DNA of 64,000 nt from Octopus bimaculoides (taxonomy: Eukaryota): NCBI RefSeq assembly GCF_001194135.2, contig NC_068990.1, positions 10,692,678 to 10,756,677 on the forward strand, written 5' to 3'. The notes beneath the pieces were generated by a model. The model saw only the letters and a list, made by a program, of their open reading frames with translations, made no database searches and had not been told where the DNA came from. How positions within the stretch are numbered: the stretch's first letter is position 1; each line of letters begins with the position of its first letter. Of the stretch, positions 53,857 to 64,000 are shown piece after piece. Position numbers and translations under genes: made by a program.

Positions 53857-54249
53857 TATTGTCTAGTTACTCTTAATAGATGCCCACACACACGCACATA
53901 TAATCACACACACACACACACGCGCACATATAATCACACACACATACACACACACAAATGCATTGTAACTAGTGTTGAATCACAACGTCTGAGAATCTGG
54001 TTGATGTAGTGATACACTGTATATTTATATACATATATATTCATGCACACATACAGTATATGTATATATACGCTGTATACGTATATATATATATATTTAC
54101 GCACACATACATTATATAAATGCGCACGCACGCACACACTCACACACGCATACTTACATGTGCATATAATTGTATGTGTCTGCATTAGGGTCTGCGTTCC
54201 GCATTCTTTTACTCCACAAATTTATATATTCTTTTATTATATTATTTCT

Positions 54250-54655
54250 GTCAATAATTTGACTGTGGCCATGCTTAAGCACCGCTCGACCCTATTGTTT
54301 AGGCATAGTACATTTTGTATAGGTGTGTTTTGCCGAACAGCTAAGTTACAGGGACGTCGACACACCAGCACCGTTAATGAGACTGTGATGTTGGGGAGAA
54401 GCTCAGACACAAAGACAAACACACGTTAATATATACATACATACGTACATACATACTTATATATATATATATATATATATATNNNNNNNNNNNNNNNNNN
54501 NNNNNNNNNNNNNNNNNNNNNNNNNNNNNNNNNNNNNNNNNNNNNNNNNNNNNNNNNNNNNNNNNNNNNNTATATATGGTCACGGTAGGTTCCACGCAGT
54601 GGACTGTGTCTGGAATCATGTGTTTAGGAAGCAAGCTTCTTCACATAGAGTCACT
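54250..54655 (-). mobile_element. SINE family C copy spanning a gap at its internal microsatellite
   Basis: Tail ttgactgtggccatgct and middle ctaagttacagggacgt on one side of the gap; head ggaatcatgtgtttaggaagcaagcttctt on the other. Confidence 0.7.
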
Positions 54656-55139
54656 ATTCTTTTTCCGTCTTGATCAGATTATTCAATTTATATCAAATTT
54701 GGAGAAGAGTGGCTGCATTTGTTAAAATCTTGATGGCGAGCTATTATTACCTTGTAATGACAGTCGTGACAGATCGAAGCTGCAAAAATGCCTTTTGTCC
54801 GCTATGAGTATTTAATTCCCCCCCCCCCCAAAAAAAAAGGCATTTATATATTCCTCCGTAAATATGCATTTAATGATTTTTATTCTGTAGCACATGTTTG
54901 ACATCTTTATGCTGCATCTGCGTAATTTGTAACCTAACGAAACATATGCTTAAAATTTGTTGTCACTTCACATTGTTTATCATATGTACAAGAAGGAACG
55001 GATTTGATTTGACACTAAATACATCGCATTAGCGGCACAATAATTTCTCAAAAGAACGTTCAAATGATTACATTTCGCTCAGCACGCCTGTAGAAATCGC
55101 CATATATCAATATTATCGATATTCACTTTAATTATTTTT

Positions 55140-55140
55140 A

Positions 55141-55173
<33 letters not shown>

Positions 55174-55290
55174 CGCCACCACCACTACGACGACGACGAT
55201 CACCACCACCACTACCACCGCCACCACCACCACCACCACCACCACCACTAATACTACTACTACTACTACTACTATCATTATTATTATTAC
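55140..55290. repeat. Compound (TAC)n/(CAC)n/(GAC)n/(TAT)n microsatellite
   Basis: Direct reading of the sequence. Confidence 0.95.
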
Positions 55291-55840
55291 TAAAAGACCA
55301 GCACATGCCATCAAAGTGACGCTGGGGTAAAATATACGAAGCCCAATATACCCATTATATCTAACAGTTTGATAAGGGTACACCGGCACATGCTTCAGTA
55401 CTCTATGTACTCGATACAGTGAACACATATCAAGATAAACAGTGCATGACTTTGCAGGTGGGGCCCAATTACAATTTTCTTCAGCACGAGTAAACCGTTC
55501 CGCTCAAATGCTCTCTGAATAATGGTTGTTTAAAGATGTTCAACAAAACACGCATGTGTCCACAGGTGGATTATTCAGACCCAAAAGAATTCCTCTCAAC
55601 ACATGGCGATGATTCTCTCACACTACTGCTACTAGTGATCAGAGATGCACATATCGTCAGCCACAAAGGGACATGCTCAACTGATTAACGTCAAACAACT
55701 AACAAGCAAATATGTGGTACTGCGCAGAATATTTCCAGTAGACCATCTTTTACACCAAGGCAACACATGTACATGATAACACTTCAAATGTGTTAAAATC
55801 AGATGCCATGAGAGCCAGTGTCTGGTACTGTATCAGGGCA
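55291..55840. mobile_element. About 550-bp non-coding interspersed element flanked on both sides by TTA/TAA repeats
   Basis: A complex, GC-richer block with sharp ends at (TAT)n (55270-55290) and tttattattgttattatt (55841-55860). No protein motif found. I recall it as an abundant octopus repeat (unverified). Confidence 0.55.
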
Positions 55841-55862
55841 TTTATTATTGTTATTATTTATT

Positions 55863-56152
55863 GTCTTTGCACAGCTTCTACGCTAGAGATGTCCAGCGAT
55901 GCTAGCTGTTCCCAATAGTGAACTAATATAACACACCTTATCTCACAAGCACCGGAATATTCGAGCGGTTCCAGACAGTACTGTTTTCTGCGGGTGCTCC
56001 ACTCTTATTGCAGTCCCTATTTGTTCCATATAATTCTCAAGATGTTTACTCACTGTTCCCAAGTCTGCGACAATTGTTACTACTACTACTACCTTTTTCA
56101 GCGACCACAACTGCTTAACCTCCTATGCTAAGCTGTCATATCTATCGACTTA
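55863..56152 (-). mobile_element. R4/Dong 3' end, RLE family C
   Basis: VDRYDSLA*EVKQLWSLKKVVVVVVTIVADLGTVSKHLENYMEQIGTAIRVEHPQKTVLSGTARIF plus 3' UTR ending in AAT repeats. Confidence 0.8.
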
Positions 56153-56214
56153 TCGCATTATATTATTATCTTTATCACCATCATCATCATCATCATTATT
56201 ATTATTATTAATAT

Positions 56215-56632
56215 TGTTCAGTAGTTTTATTTTTATAACGTGCTTTCACTTCACTACCGAGCGCAGCTCTGTGCGCCTTGGTTATGTGCTGTGGTTTGCT
56301 GTGGTGCTCTTATGGTTACTGTATTGAAAGTGTTTTGCGTAGGATGTGTGCTGTGTCCAGTAGTGCAATTTTCTGTATGTTATATATATTTGTAAGTCCT
56401 GGTGTTTTTGTTATGTATTTTTCTGAATATTTTTTTATTATACCTAACGCACCTACTATGATAGGAATTGTTTCTGTTTTTAGATTCCACATTCGAGTTA
56501 CCTCTATTTCCAGGTCTTTGTATTTTGAAAGCTTTTCCGTTTCTTTTAGAGAAACGTTGTCATCTGCTGGTATTGATACATCAATTAGAAAACATTTCCT
56601 TTCTTCATGATCTCTGACAACTATATCTGGTC

Positions 56633-56633
<1 letters not shown>
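56215..56633 (-). mobile_element. 5'-truncated R4/Dong 3' end (RLE family A, same family as 43107-43478)
   Basis: RPDIVVRDHEERKCFLIDVSIPADDNVSLKETEKLSKYKDLEIEVTRMW...HILRKTLSIQ* (PD-D RLE). (TTA)n lies at 56634-56693 and ~56190-56212. Confidence 0.92.
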
Positions 56634-56695
<62 letters not shown>

Positions 56696-58088
56696 GTAAT
56701 TTCTGATCCCATACATACATTTATTCATTTCTTCGAATTGCTTAGATCCTTCACATTCACCCAGGACTCATTCAACAATTAACCGCGAGTCGTGTTTTAG
56801 AATTAGCAGCATTCGTATTGGTTTCATATCTTGTTGTCCGTCATCTCGTACCCGTATTTCGTTCTATAAATATTGCCGATGCAAAATCTATAGATATACA
56901 TTTAGATATATATGATAGCCAACAAATCGTCACTATCTCCAATTTAATCTAAACAGCGGTATGTTTTAAAGGGAACTAGATTACTATAAGCAAGAAACGG
57001 AGTTGATGGCGCCGCTCTTGATAGGAATATTATCCTTTCTATCCTGAATTTTTTTATTATCTTTTATCATTTGTAAATTATTGCAGGCAGTGAATATTAA
57101 ATAGTGCGATATGCATTTAAGTGAGGATGTTTTAAATAAAATTATGCACAGCTACATAATACATATTTATTAGATTAGAATATTCCCTTATATATTGTTA
57201 AAAAAAGGAAAGAAAGAAAGAAAAAATAATTATATTAATTTACTTTTACATATCTGTAAACCCTCCGTAAGTGCTGAGCATAATATAAATTATAATCAAT
57301 TGAAATATTAGTAATGCGATAGCCATAAAGTAACAGCATATGAACAGGGTAAATGTGCAAGTCGATATTGAAATATTTACTTTCAAATGTTTGAGAGAAG
57401 TATTTTCAATGAAGAAGAGTGAAAGGAATAGCTGGACAAAACAGACATTTTCGTAGTGTGATGACAGTAATACAAAAGGTAAACAAAATAATATGAATAG
57501 ACACACAGGCACTCATACAGACACAGACATACACGCACATACATGCACACACTCAGAGGAAGTTCAATTTCTAATGTAATTCATAGGCACTGTTTTTAAG
57601 TAAATATAGTATTTTTCAACTTAGAAAACACGAAATGACTATGTTTAATTTTAGCCCCACTTCTTTTTAGCTAAACGTTATTTGAAAGACAGCATCGGTT
57701 TTGATAATTTATCCAACTAAAAGTCATATAATATAACATCGTTTTTTTCTGCATATGAGAAATTGGAAAAGTTAATGAGTTTCTAACTCTTTCAAAGTCT
57801 CCGTGCATTTATTTTGTATTAAAGTTGGCATTTTTAATGGACAAACAATTTAGATTAAAACTTTTAGCATCTCACATGCGTACGACGATGGATAGCCAAC
57901 TTAATCAATTTCAGTTCACTGATGTGGTAGATTGATTCCTGCTTGATTTTTTGCTCATTTATATAACATTGCTTTGTAAACAAATCCATACTATTCAAAG
58001 TACGAATGAGGAACATATGTACATAAAATATATATAGAGAGGGAGAAACAGGTATCTATCTATTTATCTCTCTCTCTCTCTCTATCTA

Positions 58089-58126
<38 letters not shown>

Positions 58127-58149
58127 GGGGGGGTGTATGTGTGTGTGTG

Positions 58150-58500
58150 TGTATACGGAGCATTCACAAAAAAAAACAACAGACGAAGACAGGTGGTGTA
58201 GAAAACAAGCAGATGTATTAGTATAACGATCGGGAATTGAAAAAAAGTCTATAACGTTTCGAGCCTACGCTCTTCCACAGAAAGCAACACAGAAAGAAAC
58301 GAGAGAAAAAGATGTATGTAGTGGTCAGCGATCTATCACGTTTTGCAAGATTCCTGATGTGAAATCGTGTTTTGAAACAGATGTTGTTGTGTTTCGGGAT
58401 AGGCGTTCTTTTTTTTTCTTTGTGCCATATAAACACATCATAGTTCGTGTGTTTATGTGGCAAAAAACAATGACCATCCCGAAATACAACAGTAGATAGA
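58150..58500 (-). mobile_element. T-rich (minus-strand) repeat resembling a Penelope pseudo-LTR, with a degenerate hammerhead at 58251-58280
   Basis: Minus strand: CTGTGGA-a-GAGC-gtag-GCTC-GAAAC-GTT-a. Stem II and GAAAC are intact; the first core box is altered. Confidence 0.5.
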
Positions 58501-58507
58501 TAGATAG

Positions 58508-58792
58508 GTACACTCCGTCGGTAATGATGACATGAGTGCCAGCTGATACGATCAACTTGCTTGTGAATTAACGTGCAAGTGGCTGAGCACTCCAGAGACA
58601 CGTGTGCCCTAAACATAGTTCTCAGGGAGATTCGGCGTGACTCGAAGTGTGACAAGGCCGGCCCTTTGAAATACAGGTATTACTCATCTTTGCCAGATGA
58701 GTGGACTGGAGGACAAAACGCGTCGCCAGGATTTGATCTCGCGACCTTACGATCGTGAGCCGAATGCCCTAACCACTAAGCCACGCGCCTTC
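58508..58792 (-). mobile_element. tRNA-derived SINE (family D)
   Basis: A-box TGGCTTAGTGG (58773-58783), tRNA-like arm ending in B-box-like GAGATCAAATCC (58729-58740), then a body of about 220 bp. Confidence 0.8.
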
Positions 58793-59098
58793 GCAATATA
58801 CACACTTAGATATTGAGGGAAAGATAATGTAGAGAAAAGAGAGAAGAATAAAAAACAAAAAATTGATGTTCTTTTAGAAATGGAACTTGCAGGCGGTACA
58901 TTTCAATGATGTAGAAAGTAAAACACTACAAACTGAGGGATGGTGGAGTAGATTGACAATGAAGTACACGTATATAACCCCTAGTGTATAAACTTTAAAC
59001 TATATAATCTACCGTAATGGATTAATAAAAGTGCAAAAGAGATGCCTGTAATTTACTTCCCTAAAGCGGAATATAATGGGAATATGTGCAGTCAATTA

Positions 59099-59133
<35 letters not shown>

Positions 59134-59164
59134 ATATATATATATATATATATAAAGTGTAGTA

Positions 59165-59341
59165 TAATGCCACTTAAGTGTGGCTGACCCCTAGGGGTGG
59201 ATGTTACTGTTGCTTTTAGCCCCAGGAGGACATCTCCTCCAGCTGGCTTATCGACACACGACTGTGTCCTGTTTGCCAAGGGAGTTATCCCTCTCACCAC
59301 GGCCAGCAGCACGAACGTATCCGGATTTCAGGGTTATTTCC
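59165..59341. mobile_element. Unclassified GC-richer repeat end cut by a gap
   Basis: Abrupt compositional change next to a (TA)/(TATC) tract. No motif assigned. Confidence 0.3.
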
Positions 59342-60374
59342 NNNNNNNNNNNNNNNNNNNNNNNNNNNNNNNNNNNNNNNNNNNNNNNNNNNNNNNNNNN
59401 NNNNNNNNNNNNNNNNNNNNNNNNNNNNNNNNNNNNNNNNNNNNNNNNNNNNNNNNNNNNNNNNNNNNNNNNNNNNNNNNNNNNNNNNNNNNNNNNNNNN
59501 NNNNNNNNNNNNNNNNNNNNNNNNNNNNNNNNNNNNNNNNNNNNNNNNNNNNNNNNNNNNNNNNNNNNNNNNNNNNNNNNNNNNNNNNNNNNNNNNNNNN
59601 NNNNNNNNNNNNNNNNNNNNNNNNNNNNNNNNNNNNNNNNNNNNNNNNNNNNNNNNNNNNNNNNNNNNNNNNNNNNNNNNNNNNNNNNNNNNNNNNNNNN
59701 NNNNNNNNNNNNNNNNNNNNNNNNNNNNNNNNNNNNNNNNNNNNNNNNNNNNNNNNNNNNNNNNNNNNNNNNNNNNNNNNNNNNNNNNNNNNNNNNNNNN
59801 NNNNNNNNNNNNNNNNNNNNNNNNNNNNNNNNNNNNNNNNNNNNNNNNNNNNNNNNNNNNNNNNNNNNNNNNNNNNNNNNNNNNNNNNNNNNNNNNNNNN
59901 NNNNNNNNNNNNNNNNNNNNNNNNNNNNNNNNNNNNNNNNTATATATATATATATATATATATCACTTTGAAATCTGAATAATGATCTTATTCTGCAAAA
60001 TATACGCACATATATAGTCGTATGTGTGTATGTGTGTATATGGTTGTTTGTGTCTGGTTGTTTGCTTGATATGTGGTGTACTTGTGTGTGTGTCTGTTTG
60101 CGTGCGCTTTCGTGTCCGTGTGTGTGTATGCATGTATGCATGTATTTACATCCGTATATACATGTGTGTGTATGTGTTTGTGAGTGTGCGTATATGTATG
60201 TGTATGTGTGTGTGTTTGTGTACACGCACAAAAGGAAAAATGTTTTAATGTTGTCAAAACGTGATTATATTTTCCATATACTTCAATTGTCTGTTTCTCT
60301 AATTGCTTATATCTACCTGGTTTGCAGGTGAGAGTTATGCGTTAATGATGGTAGATTATAATATTCTGAGACAG

Positions 60375-60640
60375 ATGGTTCTGCATTTTCATGCGGCGCA
60401 ACCCACACATGCGATTTGTTTATAGAGACCAAGTTTTGTGCTTTACATTAGCGCATTCTCTCCGTCAAACCGACGTTCCTTGAGCAGATGTAGGTGTATG
60501 AGACGTCAGGTGTCCAAGTGATCGCAGAACAATCTAAAATGAACTGCTTTGCTCAACACAACGCGCCAACCTGTTAAATAATCGAAACCACGGTCTCAAG
60601 ATCGTGAGTCTGTCGTCCTAAACACTCCTACACGAGCCTT
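60375..60640 (-). mobile_element. Degenerate tRNA-derived SINE (family E)
   Basis: Minus strand gactcacgatc...gtggtttcgatt...gcgcgttgtg.ttgagcaa resembles the family D head. Confidence 0.5.
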
Positions 60641-60664
60641 TTTTTACATTAATATCTTTTTAGC

Positions 60665-61120
60665 AACCAAGGCGGCGAACTGGCAGGATCGTAAGGACGC
60701 TAGACAAAGTGTTTGGCAGCATTTCGTCCTTCTTTACCTTCAGATTGAAAATTGTGTCGGGGTCGATTTTGCCTGTCATCACTTCGGTGTCGATTAAATA
60801 AAGGACAGGTTGAACACTGACATCGTTCTAATTGACATATTTCAGCCTCGGAATTGCTGGCATTACCTCAAAATTCGAAATCGATATTTTTACAACACGT
60901 AATTTGGCCAGCTGGCAGAATTAGTGCCAAACCGGACAAAATGTTTTGTAGCTTTTCATCCATGATTACATTCTGAATTCAAATTCCGCAGAGGTCGGCT
61001 TTACATTTCATTCTTTCGGTGTCGATAAAATTAGTACCTGTTTAACTCTTTAGTCGATGTAATCGGCTTACCCTCTCTCCCAAAATTGCTAGACTTGTGA
61101 CCAAACGTGAAACCAATATT
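60665..61120 (+). mobile_element. Two tandem SINE family A copies (60665-60890, 60905-61120)
   Basis: Each has a head (aaggcggcgaactggcag / ccagctggcagaat), a core and an aattgct...aaaccaatatt-type tail. Confidence 0.8.
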
Positions 61121-61769
61121 CAGATAACAACTACATTTACTTCATTCAGCCGATGACCGTTCACACGATGATACTCCATTCAATCCGAAGAAGTTCGCCT
61201 CTCATACCCTCTCATACTGCATTTCAATTCAAAATTCATGTCCGACTATCCGTTAATTCGGCTGTTGACCAAACTATGTGGCATTTTAAGCGAATACAAA
61301 TTGCTTTGTTTGAAACATATTCATAGTCTCAGATTAATGAAATTAAAACATTAGTTGAATCATTTGATAATTAGCGTAGTTTTCTATTCCGATTGGATAT
61401 TAAAATTTTAACTTGGGATTCTTAGTAATTTATACTTCCAGCCAGTAGAGAAACAGCAGCTGAAACTAGAGCTGAATATTGTGTTATATTTAAGCCAACA
61501 GAAAGACACATAAATGTGTATGAGTTTTGAGCTATAGGGAAAATCTAATTTCAGTTTTGCTGTGAAATACACAAGTGTATATTTTTCTTAAAAACCTCTG
61601 CAATAGTACGTTATAATTTATACTTTTTCTCAACCTTCGAAACAAGGGAACAATAGTAACATTTTCAACAAGAACAGCAAGAACGTAAAAACCAACCACA
61701 AAAAAAAAACGCAAGCTACATCTGAAGCAACTTCAACAACAACAACACTAATAATAAAAGAATTCTTTC

Positions 61770-62110
61770 CAACTTTGGCACGAAGTCAGCAATCTTAATG
61801 ATAAGTGTGAGTGGTGCAGCGCTGAATAGTATTGACCCTGAATCTATGAAAAGATTAGTCGACCTCGGCGAAATTTGAACTATATGAGTAACAATCCTGA
61901 AGAAATCATGCCAAAATATTCACAATGCGCTAAAGATACTGCAAGACAACTTAACATCAACAACAATTATAACATTAATAATAATCGTAATGATAATGGT
62001 TCCAAATTTTGGCGCAAGGCCAGCAAATCTAAAGGACCTAGTGGTTCAGTGCTGAATAATATCGATCGCAAACCTATGGAAGTGGACCTTAGAATTTCAC
62101 AGATAACAGT
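61770..62110 (-). mobile_element. Two degenerate SINE family A fragments
   Basis: aactttggcacgaagtcagcaat...gtcgacctcggcgaaatttgaact (61770-61885) and aaattttggcgcaaggccagcaaat (62005-62030). Confidence 0.6.
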
Positions 62111-62177
62111 AAAACCAGTAACAACGGTAACAATAACAATAACAACAATTACAGTAATGTTATGTCGATATTTTTAG

Positions 62178-62217
62178 TTTTCTAATGTGGTTTTCTAATG
62201 TGGTTTTCTAATGTGGT
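62178..62217. repeat. 13-bp tandem repeat x3 (ttttctaatgtgg)
   Basis: Direct reading of the sequence. Confidence 0.9.
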
Positions 62218-62527
62218 GAAGTATATATCTTTTCTCCTCAGAATCATTTCACTTAAGCTAAAAAGGAATCCCTATCCACGAGCTTCATGGTAATCATTGA
62301 GTATTTAATCAGCGGCACGCGTCTTTAAATCGGCAGCGACGTATTTTCAATGTAATTCCACCTTATGTTCAAGGGGTGGTGGCGTGGCGATGCACGTACA
62401 GTATGCTTTTATCTTTAGTTCTTCGACTGAAGGCCTGACTTAACCAGAGAAATACTAGGTCATTGTGGCAGTTAGCTTCAGCAACATGAGATTTAACTTA
62501 ATCACTTCGTTCCGAACCTTGTTACGC

Positions 62528-62804
62528 TAGTGTTTCCCAAAGTGAACAGTACTGCCCCACCTCTGGGGGCGATGGAAAGTTCTTAGGAAGCATTGAAGAA
62601 AAGTGGGGTAATAATGGGGTACCGATTCATGTAAAAACAACAAAATAATGGGTTCGTTAGGTTAAGTTTTCTTTGTGAAATACACCTGCTTTGAGTTTGG
62701 TTCAGAAAGAGGTCTATGTTTGTGATGGTTAATTAGGGTGGGGCGCTAGGACTGTGGCCAGAGTGTCAAGGGGGCAGCAGCCCAATAATGTTTGAGAATC
62801 ACTG
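62528..62804. mobile_element. hAT-Charlie-type MITE (277 bp)
   Basis: Imperfect TIRs tagtgtttcccaaagt ... tgtttgagaatcactg. No 8-bp TSD preserved. Confidence 0.6.
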
Positions 62805-63264
62805 GGCAGCAAGAACCCTAATGGTCATCTCATTAAACATCACTTTTGATCCTGTAATTGCTTATAAAATTGTTATCTCTTAAATGCTTCTAAAACTTGA
62901 AATTAATCGATGATACCTAATGGACGACAAATAAGAATAAAACGAAAAAAATTAGCCCGCATTTGCAGAAGACATTTATCTGAAAGTTAGTTTTATTGTA
63001 ACTACAACGCAAAAAATAACAGACGCTCATCCACATAGCAACAAGAAGTGGAAGAAATATCACACACCACATACTCGAAACTTGAATTAAGAAGGACACT
63101 TTAGAAAATGCAGACTTAAATGAATTAAAATGTTTGGTTCACGCAGTTTATTGCTTATGGATTGGCTGATGACAAACTGCAAACAAAAAAACCCACCAAA
63201 ATTTCTAACTTCTAAAATTTCATAATTTAATTTTGGAAATATGAGTTAACAAAACAAATGATTC

Positions 63265-63675
63265 TTTTATCTTTTACTTGTGTCAGTCATTATACTTCGG
63301 CCATGCTGAGGCACTACCTTGCGGTATTTTAGTCAAAAAAAATCCACGGCAGTACTTAATTTTTAAAAACCTGGTATGTATTCTATCAGGCTCTTTTACC
63401 GAACCGCTAGCTTACAAGAAAATATGCATATCAACGCCGGTTGTCAAGAAGTGGAGGGAGTCAAACGCAAAAACACACGCACATACATACATACATGTAT
63501 ATATATATATATATGACGGTCTTTTTTCCAGTTTCTGTCTACGAAATCCAGTTGCAAGATGTGGGTCAACGAGAGACTGTAGTAGGAAACACTTGCCCAA
63601 GGTGACACGAAGTGGGAGGGAACCCTGGACCATGTGGTTGGGACTCAAATTTCTTGCCACACAATAACACCTGCA
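63265..63675 (-). mobile_element. Near full-length SINE family C (tRNA head, ccttgggcaagtg motif, internal TA tract, 3' tail)
   Basis: Head at 63510-63675, microsatellite at 63475-63513, tail cttttacttgtgtcagtcattatacttcggccatgctg at 63270-63310. Confidence 0.8.
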
Positions 63676-63707
63676 CTTAGATTGCATTATTATGAGAATA
63701 TTATTCT

Positions 63708-63915
63708 CAAATTTTGGCACAAGGCCAGCAATTTCGGCGGAGAAAACAAATCAATTACATCGACATCAGTATTCAATTGATACACATTTTATAGACACCG
63801 AAAAGATCAAAGTGAAACTTGACCCGAGCGGCATTTGAACTCAGAACGTAAACACGGTCAAAATGACGCTAACCATTTTGCCCAGTGTGCTATCGGTGCT
63901 GCCAAATCGGCAACT
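63708..63915 (-). mobile_element. SINE family A copy
   Basis: aaattttggcacaaggccagcaatt...atcgac...gcatttgaactcagaacgtaaac. Confidence 0.8.
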
Positions 63916-64000
63916 TACATTTCTTTGCAAAAAATATTAAGGGAACTAATAATGCATACATTATGTGCACCGCATATCAATTAAACGTGTGTATATATAT

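Noticed and set aside
643-60331. Long ORFs in the track that cross N-runs or microsatellites (gaps at 752-1328, 3775-4261, 12565-12863, 16848-16857, 25408-25677, 26152-26638, 31370-31449, 32188-32330, 40296-40500, 44426-44680, 54483-54570, 59342-59940)
   Set aside because: They are open only because N, (TG)n, (TA)n, (TTC)n or (TAA)n lack stops in some frame. No protein motifs.
1-64000. CRISPR arrays, rRNA genes, operon-like systems
   Set aside because: No repeat-spacer arrays or rRNA-like segments. The sequence is eukaryotic repeat-rich non-coding DNA.

Overview
AT-rich, microsatellite-dense draft eukaryotic genomic DNA with 12 N-gaps, most flanked by (TA)n. The repeat families look like Octopus/coleoid cephalopod (my recollection, not a database result). 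No intact, recognisable host gene is present; nearly all ORF-track entries are gap or microsatellite artefacts. The window is mostly decayed mobile elements. Retroelements: R4/Dong-type non-LTR elements (RT and restriction-like endonuclease, RLE) lying in (TAA)n tracts, a CR1-like LINE, a Penelope-like GIY-YIG remnant, and several tRNA/Pol III SINE families. DNA transposons: Tc1, pogo/Tigger and hAT remnants. The most notable signals, none annotated by the ORF track, are: (1) at least four unrelated repeats with minimal type I hammerhead-ribozyme motifs, including an apparently intact one in a ~270-bp inverted duplication (40.6-41.4 kb) and one fused behind a tRNA-like Pol III head (35.9-36.2 kb); (2) a head-to-tail stack of different R4/Dong 3' ends plus a 550-bp non-coding element, each separated by TAA repeats (55.1-56.7 kb); (3) SINE multimers joined repeatedly at one site; (4) a Thr/Pro-rich 51-codon repeat leading into the Penelope endonuclease; (5) a minus-strand micro-exon cluster at 16.0-16.4 kb.
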